From: Eledone cirrhosa
Lineage: Eukaryota
Reading direction: 5' to 3'
Assembly (NCBI GenBank): GCA_964016885.1
Contig: OZ024742.1
Location: 177,196,001-177,260,000, forward strand
Length of the DNA: 64,000 nucleotides
In this document: positions 14,029 through 28,459 of the stretch, in pieces
Position numbering within the stretch: position 1 is the stretch's first letter
Layout: each line of letters begins with the position of its first letter
Made by a program: the position numbers and the translations under genes
The notes under the pieces: generated by a model
What the model was told of the DNA's origin: nothing
Databases searched by the model: none
The model's input: only the letters and a program-made list of their open reading frames with translations

Positions 14029-14974
14029 CGCATGCACACAATCATAACATAGACCCTCACCACCACCCCAACCACTAGAAAAACAATGAAAATAACAATA
14101 ACATCTATCACAAGCAAGATTTGAAAACAAAATGAATGTAACATATGGACATGCACATATACAGACACGCACACTTAAACATAATCACATACAACGCGAA
14201 GACACACAAACTTACATACGAACACGCAAACATGAAAAATAAATATAAGCTCCATATCGACTTGATATGATTTTCCTGTCCTCCATAGATTATTACTAAA
14301 ATGCAAAGCAATTAGCAAATAGGTGAAAGAAACGGTTTATGTTTCGCTTGGGTCTTATATTTATATGCTTGTTTGTCTCCCTTTCTTTATCTGTGTATGT
14401 ATACCTTTATTTAGTCAATTACTTTATATTTTCATATTTGTTTTTCTTTTATTTAGCATAGCTGAAAAAAACACAATTATTTAGCCTCACACTAGTATAT
14501 ATATATATAGCATTTCTTAACTATAAACTACCCACATTTTCAAATCTCTCGAGGAGTTACTTTTCCTGAAACCACCCTCTAATTAGTAAGGTAAATATGG
14601 CTATTGGCGGCCATCTTTTTACCCATAGGCAGATCTCACACAATGCAGCCTCTACAGAAAAACACTTGTCGACTATGGCAGACAATAGATATACCCAAGA
14701 CACCATAGTGAAATACCAAAGCTCCGATGAGCTGCTCTATTTTTACCCATGTTAATTATTTTCAACTGAACCAGATCAATAATGTTCTATAACCATTTGA
14801 TCCAGAAATATTATATGCAGTACCGAAACAATTGTAAACGGACATTATTACTATTAATATTATTATTATTTTCTACATTCCTTACATCAAACTAAAATAT
14901 GTTGACAATCTTTTAATAATGTATTCCTTGTGAAATGTGTGGTCTTGCTTTGCATATATATATATATATATGTT

Positions 14975-15008
<34 letters not shown>

Positions 15009-15059
15009 AATAAATAGATATATATATATTTTTATATATATTTATTTATATATATGTAT

Positions 15060-15595
15060 ATATATAAGTATGTATATGTACATACATATATGTGTACAGA
15101 GGCACAGTAGTATGTATATATATACATACATGAACACATATATATATGTACGTATGGGTTTACCGAACATTTATTATAATGTTCGGTTTGTTTGTAAACA
15201 AACAGCCCGAATTACGCCGTACGGTGCCCTTTTGTTTAACACTGACACAGGAACGATGTACTGGTTTCAAACTTATTAGCTATCGTCAGCGTCGTATACC
15301 TTTCTGTCAGATGATTGAACGTCTGAAAATATATACTTTCCTTCCAAAAGGGAGACGATGTTTGCCGAGCACTGTACGGTGTAATTCGGGCTGTTTGTTT
15401 ACAAACAAAGCGAACATTATAATAAATGTTCGGTAAACACATACGTACATATATATATATATGTGTGCATGTATGTATATATATATACATACTACTCTGC
15501 GTCTGTACACATATATTTATGTACGTTTACATACTTATATTTAAGTATCAGCCGTACTAAGGCTGAGAAATGAAATTTCGTTTCATTCTTTTCCA

Positions 15596-15600
<5 letters not shown>
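15060..15600. mobile_element. Family A fold-back copy with HHR at 15253-15295 (-)
   Basis: Inverted arms ~15065-15225 and ~15370-15540. Minus strand reads acgacg CTGACGA tagctaataagttt GAAAC CA GTA catcgt. Confidence 0.7.
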
Positions 15601-15635
<35 letters not shown>

Positions 15636-15701
15636 GATAAATCTACCAAAATGTACGGTAGTGTCCAATCCGTATGAAGAACTCAATGTAATCCGAATAT
15701 C

Positions 15702-16010
15702 ATGAACATATTTAAAGTAAGATGTAATACCCACAAACACAGTTTTAAAAATGCCTCATTAGCTAATACAACATCTTTAGCTGAAATAATTAATAATTAT
15801 AGAAAAAGGAATATAGATTATGACCTGACCTGGAGTGTGCTCAAAAGGGCCACCCCTTATCAAAATAATAGATATGAATGTAGATTATGTTCCCAGGAAC
15901 TTTTTGAAATAATGAAATCTAAGGATATCCTATTAAATAAACGACAGGAATTAATTATATCATGTAATCATAAACTGAGAAGAACTTTTAAATATTATAA
16001 ACCTAATTAA
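15702..16010 (+). pseudogene. PLE GIY-YIG endonuclease C-terminal fragment
   Basis: Motifs shared with the GIY-YIG ORFs at 28460-29190 and 46358-46798. Confidence 0.8.
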
Positions 16011-16742
16011 TATACACTTTAGAAATTATTATAATAACACCTTTTTTTAAATTAGTTAACCTATAATTAATATTCTGCTACTAATGAGCTGCATAATTTG
16101 ATTTCCCTTCTACAGCTATATTTTCCTAAAATTTATACCAATAAGTATACATATAAACTATCTTAATTTCAGGTTATGATTCGATGTTCCTTATAAACTA
16201 TATAAATTTGTTATTTCTCAGTAATAAATTTACCCCCCCCCCCTCCCATAATTATTATTTTTTTTTTTTATTCTCCCTTCGTTTTTAACAGCACTCTTCA
16301 ATTACATCTAACTCTTATTTATCATATCTATATGAATTAATATAAATTTATCAATATAAATATACCTATCAATTTAATTATTTTCTTTTTATAGATGTAA
16401 ATTCCCTATATTTTAAATAAGATTGATATTTTTCACTAACACATTTATCGTAAAATGTTATTCTCCTTAGATATTTACATTAGCGTTATTCTTTTATAAT
16501 ATCAATTTTTCGTGTACCCTTTAGCGACTTGGCCTATTTTCATCCCTAAAATAATCTTTTCATTCATCATACTCTTTCCATTCAAAACTGAAATCTTCTT
16601 TCCTCTACCCCTAAATTATAGTTCTATTACAACTATTCTACCATCTTGACCACTTACTACATTTCTATTGGTCAATTCAAAACCTGTTCCCAAACAGACC
16701 TATTATATTAAATCTTTGTTGGTTTTTTTCAATAAACAAATA

Positions 16743-16880
16743 TCAATATTTCTGAAGACAGCATATATATGTGTAGGTATCTATATTCCCTCTGATAGTT
16801 TGTAAAATTTTGACATAGATCTATATGATATACATACCAACACAAACATATATATCCTAGAAACGATCGTAAAATGATGA
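16743..16880 (+). ncRNA. Hammerhead ribozyme with ~100 nt stem II (family C)
   Basis: attt CTGAAGA (16752) ...atatatatgt..ggtat / atacc..acatatatat... GAAAC GATC GTA aaat (16860). Stem III is the palindrome ACGATCGT. Confidence 0.7.
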
Positions 16881-16959
16881 ATTTTTTTATATAAGGAACT
16901 CTTTCTTTGTTTTTATTCATTATTTTTATTAATTTATATATATATATATGTTTATATAT

Positions 16960-17027
<68 letters not shown>

Positions 17028-17556
17028 CTGGCACATAAATGCAGAATACATTTAAATATATATATGTAAGTGTCTGTAAATATCCACATGCATATACGTA
17101 TGGGATACAAGTAGATATATATATATATATTTGTATGTATATATAAATATATATGTACTTCTGTATATGCGTGTATATATATACATACATACACACACGT
17201 ACATAAATAAGTTACACATACATACAAGCATACGTATATTATTTGATTCTGTTAATGATAAGGAATGAAAGGAACAACATGGGAAAAAAGCTAACGATTA
17301 ACACAGCATTGTGTGGGGGAGAGTAGACATATATATACATATAAGTGTGTGTGAGTGTGTAAATATATATGTATATATTTATAACATTTGTTGTCGATTA
17401 ATATTAATCGTGCGTTTATGTATAGCGTAGAATACCTATTCTCATATTTTGTAGACATATATCGAAAATATACAGACGCACTGTTGTACACACATCCACA
17501 AACGAACCACCTACGTGCATATACACATATTCAAGAAGCGCACGCACACACAAACT

Positions 17557-17593
<37 letters not shown>

Positions 17594-17630
17594 TATTGTT
17601 CTTTGAGTCTCAGTCATTGATGTTATTTAA

Positions 17631-17810
17631 GTGGATTGGCAGTATCGGTAGAGGGTCGGACGCCATGCTTTCCAGCATAGTTACGTCCCTTTATGATCTG
17701 AGTTCAAATCCCGCCGAGGTTGACTTTGCCTTTCATCCTTACGGGGTCGATAAAATAAAGTACCAGTAATGCACTGGGTAATTGCTGGCCTTGTGCCTAA
17801 AGTAGAAACA
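17631..17810 (+). mobile_element. tRNA-derived SINE
   Basis: Near-identical to 38262-38446; flanked by the duplicated gttatttaa. Confidence 0.9.
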
Positions 17811-17824
17811 GTTATTTAACTGGA

Positions 17825-20212
17825 AAGTTTATTGAAATGAATATCAAGTCGCTACCTGCAGCCTCAGATATTCAGGAAGTATCGGAGGGTTCTTGCTGTT
17901 CCCAGTAAGCATGCCTTTGAAGTGTTCCAAAACTTGGGACTGGACTAATCTTCTTTAACCATCCTTGGAAACTCTTTGAGATAGTACCTAATTTGCCTAT
18001 GAAATCGGGACGACCTTGATTTCACGGCAGTTCCAAATCCTTTTTAACTCCAACTTTAAATCCTGGTATCGGTTAATTTTCTCCCTCTCTCTTTCTTGCA
18101 CTCTTGTGTCAAATGGGCAGGGTACATCTACAATCAGGCACGATCTTTTCTCCTTGTTCAAAACCACCAGGTCAGGCCTATTGTGTTCGAAATTCTTGTC
18201 CGTCTGTATCCTAAAATCCCATAACACCTTCATCTGATCGTTTTCTATCACCAACTCTGGCTTATGCTCATGCCACTTCTCAGAATGGGGTAAATTGTGT
18301 ACTTTGCATAGATGCCAGTGGATCACCCTGCCCATCACATCATGTCTCCAGCCTTTATAGTGAGTCTGGGCTAGGTGTTTACACTCGAATACAATGTGAG
18401 CCACAGCTTCTCTCTCTCTCTCCACAGATCCTACACAGTGAACTAGCCTCCTCCCTGTCAATATGGTGTTTCACCCACCTCGTTCTGAGGGCTTGCTCTT
18501 GCGCAACCATTAGCATTCCTTCTGTAGCTTTTTAAGGTCTCCTCTTTTTAACCAGTTCCATGTCTGTGGATCTCTAAATTTTGTTTTTTAAAAAAGGTGC
18601 TCTGATGGGATCTTTCATGAAGGTTGCTCTTCTTCCTTTTTGTCATTTCCTCCTTGGACATCCCCTGGTCTATTGTCCTCTCCTTCAGTACAATTTTGAG
18701 CATTGGCTCCCTACTGTCAGTCACGTATTTGTGCAGGTTGTTTTACTCCATCTGAACACAGTCCTCTGTGCTGATAAGACCTTTTCCACCTTCAGATCTC
18801 TTTAAGTAGAGTATATCGACATCACTCCTCTTGTGGAAGATGTTGTAGATATTCATTAACTTCCTAGTCTTCCTATCCATTTCTTTTTGCTCAGCAACAT
18901 TCCATTTCAGAATTCCCGCACTGTACCTAATAATAGACACAGCTGGGAATTTACTGCACTTATGACATTCCTACTATTTAGATGTGATTTTAATACGTTC
19001 CTTACTGTCTTTATGTATTCAGATCTTATCAATTCCTTCAATGTTTTGTTCTTGATGTCATCTGCCTTCAGAACACCTAAATATTTGTATCCCTCTTCAG
19101 TGTCAATTTCCTTTATCATCTCACCTGTTGGTACATGGATTCCGTTGTTTTTGCTCAATTCACCCCTCTTCATCACAAGGACTCCACACGTATTAATACA
19201 AAATTCCGTACATATATCATTGCTGAAAATACGGACAGTGTCAACAAGTACATCCAATTCCTTCTCACTCTTCCCAATGAGTTTAAGATCGTCCATGAAG
19301 AGTAGGTGGTTGATGGTAAGAACTCCTTTTCTCAACTCGTATCTTGTTCTCACTTTTGCGCAGTATAATGGCCAGGGTTATCAGGGCAAGGACAAACAAC
19401 AGAGGGGACAAACTATCTCCCTGGAAGAAACCTCTCTTGATCTTCACGCCTCTCAAGGATTCTCCACCCGATGTTAATTCTGTTTCCCAGGACTTCATAC
19501 TTTTTCTCAACAACTGTCTGATATTATCTGCCACCTTGAAGATATCTAAGCTTTCGGTTATCCAAGAATTAGGTACCATGTCGAATGTCTTTTTGTAATA
19601 TATCTATCCCATGGCAAGACCAGTGTGCCACCTCTTGCAATTACTCATTACCAACTTATCAATATGTAACCGGTATTTTGTACCACGGGAATTCTTTCGG
19701 CATCCTTTCTGTTCATCCGGTAATAAGTTGTTTATGTGGAGGTGATGTTAGATTTCCTCAGACACAATGCTTGTCAACAGTTTTCACATTACGGACAGAC
19801 ATGTGATAGGCTTATAGTTGGTAACACCATTACCCTTGATTGTCTCTTTCATTACCATAACTGTGGTACCTTTTGTCAACCACTCTTGTATTTCACCCGA
19901 CATCAATCAGTCATTGAACATGGTGGTCAGTTTCGGGTGTAGGGGTGTTATATTTTTAATCCAATACTCTTTGACACCATCTGGGCCTAGTGATTTCCAG
20001 TTGGTTAGTTTTTTGGCCTGCCCTTTAAGAGTTTCAATTGTGATACTCAAATCAGGTTGTTGGTGTACTTGTTCACTAATCTCATTTTGAGCTGCCTCAA
20101 TCCACACTGCCTGGCTATTATGTTCAACATCCTGCTTCCATATTCCTCTCCAAAATGTCTTAGTCTGTTCCGCCTCAGGGATCACGTCGTTGCTTCTTCT
20201 GGTTGTTCTCAT
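17825..20212 (-). mobile_element. Decayed R4/Dong-clade non-LTR retrotransposon (RT + CCHC + restriction-like endonuclease), 5' truncated
   Basis: Frameshifted ORFs: NWKSLGPDG, RGFFQGDSLSPLLF, NHLLFMDDLKL, YKYLG, LYLKRSEGGKGL, RHD, RPDLVV...IVDVPCP, EKINRYQDL, C-terminal KACLLGTARTLR. Confidence 0.9.
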
Positions 20213-20312
20213 CTGTTATTATTTTCATCTCTTCTGCTATTGTTATTGCTATGACTATTATTTTTATATGTGTTATTTCTATAGTCAAAGTTATTATTTA
20301 TATTACTACTTT

Positions 20313-20380
<68 letters not shown>

Positions 20381-20937
20381 AAATAACAGATTAAAGTTTA
20401 AGCAAATAATCGCTTTTTTCACCCTTAACAGGATCTTCTGAAATTAACAAAATCAATCTGTGAACGCAGGAGTGAATATTTCAAAAAACGTTCCACATAT
20501 GACGTATTATCTTCGTTTTTTTTTCGTTCACTGCCAGAGAACGTCTCTATGAACCACCTAATAGAATATTAGTCTACGACTTCTATTATACAATAAACGT
20601 GGTTTTATCTTTGCGTGTAATTGTTTTTCCCTGCTCCAATAATGACGTATTATATCCGTTTTTTCCCGTTCTTTGCCAGGGAACGATTCCACGAACCAAA
20701 GTATTGTCTTCCTGACTTCCTCCGGTTGCAACGTTTTTTGAAATATTCACTTCTGGTTTCACATATTGACTTTGTTAGTTTCAGAAGATCCCGTTAAGGG
20801 TGAAAGCAGCGATTCTTTGCTGAAACTGTAATCTGTTATTTTAATAAATATTTGCTCTACGGTTCTTATATATTTTATATATATTTATCCTTATCGAGCC
20901 CTCTTTGGATTTTAGTCTTCAAATTTATTATTATTAC

Positions 20938-20968
<31 letters not shown>

Positions 20969-21162
20969 TAGGTATAGGATTATCCTAGATGTAGTAATGG
21001 TTAATTACTACACTGGATATGGTTGACGTACGGTGAGAGGTTACTCTACGAGTTATGGAAGAATTATTGAAGAAACTTAGTTCCTGATCCTTCTGTATTC
21101 CGGAGTGTATATAAAGAATGATAATAACAGGTAGACATCATAAAAAGGTAATTTATTCCGTG

Positions 21163-21274
21163 TGCTTACAAATGTTTCCACGGTGGTACTACAACCTAGT
21201 TATGCTGTGTGCAAATTTACAACTATTTGCAGAACTCAAATATCCTATGCCGTGACCACTGTATCCTCAGAGAA
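21163..21274 (-). ncRNA. Hammerhead ribozyme with ~85 nt stem II (family D, minus copy)
   Basis: Reverse complement of 21281-21392; stem I is slightly weakened. Confidence 0.6.
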
Positions 21275-21280
21275 GAATTC

Positions 21281-21392
21281 TGCTCTGAGGATACAGTGGT
21301 CACAGCATAGGATATTTGAGTTCTGCAAATAGTTGTAAATTTGCACATAGCATAACTAGGCCGTAGTACCACCGTGGAAACATTTGTAAGCA
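21281..21392 (+). ncRNA. Hammerhead ribozyme with ~85 nt stem II (family D)
   Basis: tgct CTGAGGA tacagtggt...accaccgtg GAAAC ATTT GTA agca. Stem I is tgct/agca; 8 of 9 pairs form at the base of stem II. Confidence 0.7.
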
Positions 21393-21439
21393 CATGGAAT
21401 AAATTACCTTTTTATGATGTCTACCTGTAATTATTCATT

Positions 21440-21532
<93 letters not shown>

Positions 21533-21538
<6 letters not shown>

Positions 21539-22227
21539 ATACTTGGGGAGGGTCATATTTGTGTAATACTATTGCCAGAATTAATAACAGGACACACTCA
21601 CTGTTTGGTTGGTTTTCGCTTCTGTGTCTTTTATATCGGTTAATTTAATTTATTCGGTCCTCAATGTTGCCATTGACTGACCAACGGTCAAAAATACAGA
21701 TGCAATATAGACACAAACACATATATAAACACACACTAGTAAACTAAGATAGAATACATTAACCAATACACAGTCACCCAAACAAGAACACACATCAAAC
21801 AAAACACTATACACACACGCAAACGCATGCGCAGAGAAGACAAAAAAATAAACAAATAAATAAATAAATGAACAGACTAAATAAAGATGGCGTAAGCATA
21901 CAAGGCAACGGGAGGAAACATAATAGCAACACTGACGATGTTGCAGATGTGCAACGAAAAACTTTGATAGACTATATATATATGTGTTTGTGTCTATATT
22001 GTATCTGTATTTTTGACCGTTGGTCAGTCGATGGCAACATTGACGACCGAATAAATTAAATTAACCGATATAAAAGACACAGAAGCGAAAACCAACCAAA
22101 CAGTGACTGTGTTCTGTTATTAATGCTGGCAATATTATTACACAAATATGACCGTCTCCAAGTATAACAATATTTGTTTCGACACACGATTTCATATAAA
22201 AAACCTCGCAAAACTAATTCATCGCCG

Positions 22228-22229
<2 letters not shown>
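21533..22229. mobile_element. Fold-back element with ~195 bp inverted arms and a one-sided tail
   Basis: 21533-21727 is inverted at ~21975-22171; extra tail 22172-22229; (TA)n on both sides. Confidence 0.8.
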
Positions 22230-22293
<64 letters not shown>

Positions 22294-22380
22294 AGTACGT
22301 TATTCCGGGTTGAATCGGAGGTAACCACAGTAAGTAAGGTACTCAATACATTACAGAGTATAAAAGTTGTAATATAGATG

Positions 22381-22431
22381 AGATTCTACAGGACTAGAAC
22401 TGTTTCATTCTTTAGAAATCATCAGGAATCT
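22381..22431 (-). ncRNA. Type I hammerhead ribozyme (family B)
   Basis: Exact motif as at 12102-12152. Confidence 0.85.
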
Positions 22432-22995
22432 GGGTATCAAAAAATAAATATGGTATTTATAGGTCTCTACACGTGGTAGGAGAGGGTGGGGAGTGGGATG
22501 GGTGTAGGTCATTGGTTGATAGAAAAGGGAATTCATTAAAAGCTAATTCTACAAAGCTATAGTTTATTTTTATTAATTTTTGTTTTTAGAGTAACAAAGG
22601 CAGACAGAATTCTATAAACAGGTTCCGGATGGCATACCGTTCCTTGTCATTAAGTTTCTCTTAAGCTAACAGATGTCTATAAGATCAGTGGGGGGGGGGT
22701 CAGTCATGGTAGATAGAATTAAAGGAAAGGGAGATTCTTTAAAAGCTAAATTCATTAAGGTTCTACCAAGTGACAAAGGTTTAGAGAATTCTGTAGACAG
22801 ATTCAAAATACTGAGTGCATATCTTACAATTATCTTCGAACTTCTCTTAAACTAATCAACTATATGCCAAAAATCAACAGACACATTCACAAAAGAACAC
22901 ACTCACTCACACACTCGCGCGCAACCATAAACACAAATACACATATACACACATAAAAACACACACACATATATAAATATATCTATATATATATA

Positions 22996-23770
<775 letters not shown>

Positions 23771-23982
23771 ATATATATATACATACACACACACATATAT
23801 ATATATATATATACATACACACAAACATATATATATATATATATATATATACATACACACATACATGTATATACACACACACACATATATACACATATAT
23901 ATACACTCACACACATACATACATACACACAAATATACATGTGTATACATATACACATTCATACACATACATATATATATAT

Positions 23983-24031
<49 letters not shown>

Positions 24032-24058
24032 GATATGCAAATATATACATATACATAC

Positions 24059-24121
<63 letters not shown>

Positions 24122-24158
24122 TACACCATTCATACATATATTCATATATATACATATA

Positions 24159-24190
<32 letters not shown>

Positions 24191-24241
24191 CACACATACA
24201 CACACATACATACACATATACACAAATACATACACATATAT

Positions 24242-24300
<59 letters not shown>

Positions 24301-24303
<3 letters not shown>

Positions 24304-27198
24304 GTTAGAATATGTGTAATAAGGCCAAGACAATGCAGATATGGACATAGAAAAAGAATGCAATAGTGAGAGATATTGATGAGAATTCGTCTTTCACCTT
24401 GAATTTATTTAAATGTCCTTAATTTTCGAGATAATATCTCTTCTTCGGAGGGAAGTAAAAGTCTCAGACCAGCGTCTAAATTTCCAATGAAGCCATGCTG
24501 ACCGGAAATAGTATAGAGTTCTAACTTTAATATCAAAGAATTAAAATTAGGTGGGTAAAGAGTAGTCTCCCTTTAAGAGGGGTTTGTTTATGTTTTTGTT
24601 GTGTTTTTTAAATTTTATATGCGTGCCTGTATATGTGTGTGGGAGAAAGCATGAAGGTGTAGGTATGTGTGTGTGTGAGTGTGGGAAGATAGGTCTAATC
24701 GTAAAAGTGGGGGGTAGGTGTTATCTGGTGTTAGAACTGGTTTTGTGTGTGTATGTGTGAGAGAGAATAAGTGGAGGTGTGTGCGTGCGTGTGTGTGGGG
24801 TGTGTAAAGTGGGGCTAGAGGCCCTATCAGGTTATAAATTGGGTGTTGAGCTCTAGTCTATTATTGATTGGTGGATGTGTTCTATCTATAATGAGTGCTT
24901 CCTTGATTCTAAGATTACCGAGGTTTCTTTCTTTAGTTTCTATCCTAACTGTTATGTTTTTATCAGTGTTTTTGCATTTAACTAGGTGTTTCTTAAATGA
25001 GGAAGCGTTAGTATTGAGGTGTTCTTTTATTCTTATGTGGAGTGGTCTGGTGGTGCTACCTAGCACAGTGATCCCGGACATGACCGCAGCCCAAATCGAA
25101 AAACAGACCAACTCCATTTGGTTCGATATCTGTAGGAGAAGACAACTCCCGAATAAAATTAAACTCAACTACACCACTAGAAATAGCAGACTGCCCACTT
25201 TCTACCACCTCATCAAGACCCACAAGAATAGCACTAAGACGCATATAAGACCCATCGTCTCTAGCATAGAAGGACCCCTATACAAAATTTCCTGGCTTCT
25301 CTCCCAGGTCCTCAAGCCTCTACTCTCCACCTTCCCCGGACATGTCAGTAGCTCCGACGAAGTTATACGTAGATTACACCAACTCCAGCCAGAACAACTT
25401 AAACTTAATAAATACGCTTTTAGCCTCGACGTTGTCTCCCTCTACACTACAGTCCCCGCTCACCCAGCTGTCGATTTATTGACGGACTGCGTGGTCGCAG
25501 AGAACATCCACTGCTACGGCCTCCACCCGACGGACATACACCAACTTTTGTCCTTCACAGTAGACAATACGTACTTCACCTTCCACCACCACACATACAG
25601 ACAGACAACAGGATTACCCATGGGATCCAGCCTCTCTGGCCTGCTGGCCATCACTTACATGAACCAGCTAGAATGCCGAGCCCTCAACACCTGCCATTCC
25701 CATGCCTTCTTCACCCGATATGTAGATGACATACTCATCCTTACATCATCCCGTGAAGAGGCAGAGAAAATATACACAACATTCTCCAGCATGGACGCCA
25801 GTATAAAGTTCAGCATAGAACACCCCGATGACCGCGGATCCCTATCCCTGCTGGACTTCCAACTCAGGGTAACAGAGGAAGGCAACATCCACACCTGCTT
25901 CTATAAAAAATCCGCCAGCAGGGACCTGTTCGTACATTTCAGATCGGCCCTCCCACTCGGTGCCAAGTTCGGATACATAAAGAACGAACTGGCACGTATC
26001 AAGAACAAATGCACCGACGCCAGAGACCGAGACACACACACCACACATTTCCTGGAAGTACTCAAACTGAACGGATACACGACATCCACCACAAACCGTG
26101 CCAGAAAGAACAGAGGACACCACACCCGAGGCACTAACACTTGCTTCCTGAAGCTCCCACACTTCAGTGAAGAAACAACAACAGCCATCCGCAGAGCCAT
26201 CAGACGAGAAGGTCTGGATATTCAACTGGCCCATTCGGGTCCTTCTTTGCGTGGACGGCTAGCTAAGAGACACTCCACCAGACATGACAACTGCTGCAGA
26301 CTAGCCAACTGCCCCATCAACGACACAGACCTATGCCACCAGGCTTACGTAGTTTACAGACTAGAGTGTGACAAATGCAACAACTTCTACGTAGGTAGCA
26401 CCACCAGACCACTCCACATAAGAATAAAAGAACACCTCAATACTAACGCTTCCTCATTTAAGAAACACCTAGTTAAATGCAAAAACACTGATAAAAACAT
26501 AACAGTTAGGATAGAAACTAAAGAAAGAAACCTCGGTAATCTTAGAATCAAGGAAGCACTCATTATAGATAGAACACATCCACCAATCAATAATAGACTA
26601 GAGCTCAACACCCAATTTATAACCTGATAGGGCCTCTAGCCCCACTTTACACACCCCACACACACGCACGCACACACCTCCACTTATTCTCTCTCACACA
26701 TACACACACAAAACCAGTTCTAACACCAGATAACACCTACCCCCCACTTTTACGATTAGACCTATCTTCCCACACTCACACACACACATACCTACACCTT
26801 CATGCTTTCTCCCACACACATATACAGGCACGCATATAAAATTTAAAAAACACAACAAAAACATAAACAAACCCCTCTTAAAGGGAGACTACTCTTTACC
26901 CACCTAATTTTAATTCTTTGATATTAAAGTTAGAACTCTATACTATTTCCGGTCAGCATGGCTTCATTGGAAATTTAGACGCTGGTCTGAGACTTTTACT
27001 TCCCTCCGAAGAAGAGATATTATCTCGAAAATTAAGGACATTTAAATAAATTCAAGGTGAAAGACGAATTCTCATCAATATCTCTCACTATTGCATTCTT
27101 TTTCTATGTCCATATCTGCATTGTCTTGGCCTTATTACACATATTCTAACGTTTATACCTCATTACACAATGCTTCAAGTGAACTATAACCTCCTCCA
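24301..27198 (+). mobile_element. Young Penelope-like element, 5' truncated, with a 762 bp inverted pLTR and 3' tail
   Basis: 24301-25062 is the reverse complement of 26392-27153 with no net indel (coordinate sums are equal). Tail 27154-27198; inserted in (TA)n. Confidence 0.93.
25080..26627 (+). CDS. PLE reverse transcriptase + GIY-YIG endonuclease (uninterrupted, N-terminally truncated)
   Basis: LPTFYHLIKTHK, IRPIVS, SLDVVSLYT, YRQTTGLPMGSSLS, RYVDD, LSLLDF, Cys-rich linker, VVYRLECDKCNNFYVGSTTR..RIKEH, KEAL.I..THP.IN. The upstream part of the 594 aa track ORF (24843-25062) is antisense pLTR. Confidence 0.92.
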   Translation: MTAAQIEKQTNSIWFDICRRRQLPNKIKLNYTTRNSRLPTFYHLIKTHKNSTKTHIRPIVSSIEGPLYKISWLLSQVLKPLLSTFPGHVSSSDEVIRRLHQLQPEQLKLNKYAFSLDVVSLYTTVPAHPAVDLLTDCVVAENIHCYGLHPTDIHQLLSFTVDNTYFTFHHHTYRQTTGLPMGSSLSGLLAITYMNQLECRALNTCHSHAFFTRYVDDILILTSSREEAEKIYTTFSSMDASIKFSIEHPDDRGSLSLLDFQLRVTEEGNIHTCFYKKSASRDLFVHFRSALPLGAKFGYIKNELARIKNKCTDARDRDTHTTHFLEVLKLNGYTTSTTNRARKNRGHHTRGTNTCFLKLPHFSEETTTAIRRAIRREGLDIQLAHSGPSLRGRLAKRHSTRHDNCCRLANCPINDTDLCHQAYVVYRLECDKCNNFYVGSTTRPLHIRIKEHLNTNASSFKKHLVKCKNTDKNITVRIETKERNLGNLRIKEALIIDRTHPPINNRLELNTQFIT

Positions 27199-27231
27199 TA
27201 TATATATATATATACACACATATATATACAC

Positions 27232-27264
<33 letters not shown>

Positions 27265-27909
27265 CAAATATACATATACACATATATATACACATACACA
27301 CACACAATATATATATACACATATATACATATACACACGCACACACACATACATACACACATACATACATACATACATATACAAATATATATACATATAT
27401 ACATATACACATATATATATATATACACATATATATATATATATATACATACACATATATATATATATACATACATATGCACACACATATATATACACAC
27501 ACACATATACACATATATACACACACACACACACACATACACATGCATATATATAAATATATATATAGAAACATATGTATATATATACATATATATGCGT
27601 ATATATGTGTATATATGCGTATATATGTTTGTATATATATATATATACATATATATACATATATATGCGTATATATGTGTATATATGCATATATATGTTT
27701 GTATATATGTGTATTTTTATGTATATGTCTGTGTATGTATGTGTATATATATATACATATATACACATACATACACAGACATATACATAAATATACACAT
27801 ATATACAAACATATATACGCATATATACACACATATATACATATATATACACGCATACACACATACACACACACACACACAAATATATATACACACACTC
27901 TCTCTCACG

Positions 27910-27974
<65 letters not shown>

Positions 27975-28116
27975 ATATACATATATATACACACCTGCAC
28001 ACACACACATATATATATACACACACACATACACACATACACATATATATATATATATATATATACATACATATACACATATACATACATACACATACAC
28101 ATACATACACATATAT

Positions 28117-28163
<47 letters not shown>

Positions 28164-28459
28164 TATACATATATACACACATATACATACATAAATATAC
28201 ACACATAAAACACATATACACACATACATATATATACATACACATACATATACACACATACACACAAATATATATACATACAAATAAATAACTACTCAAT
28301 AAATATACGCATATACGCAGGCACATAAAAACACCTCTACAAGTAGAAAATGTAGATAGGAAAGAGGTACTCACATAACCATAGTGACCGTATTTCAGGT
28401 TGAGGAGGGGTGAGGTAGGGTGGGAAGGAGGTATAGGGGCCAATAGGGGGAGGTCGTTT

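Larger units (their letters stand above)
15632..16940 (+). mobile_element. 3' part of a Penelope-like element (GIY-YIG C-terminus, 3' UTR and pLTR HHR)
   Basis: ORF 15702-16010 (HKHSFK..TSLA..W.VLKRA.PY..CRLC..E..LLNKRQE...C.H). Reverse-complement homology to 49140-50310. Confidence 0.85.
20950..21447. mobile_element. Palindromic mini-element (family D): tail plus two ~168 bp inverted arms, each an HHR
   Basis: 21108-21275 is inverted at 21280-21447 with centre gaattc. Unique tail 20950-21107; flanked by (TA)n. Confidence 0.85.

Noticed and set aside
21925-21970. CTGACGA-t-gttgca/tgcaac-GAAA as a hammerhead
   Set aside because: Core and stem II are present but there is no convincing stem I, stem III or NUH triplet.
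24843-25062. N-terminal 73 aa of the 594 aa ORF as a novel domain
   Set aside because: It is the antisense of the element's own GIY-YIG C-terminus (inverted pLTR), which happens to be open in frame.
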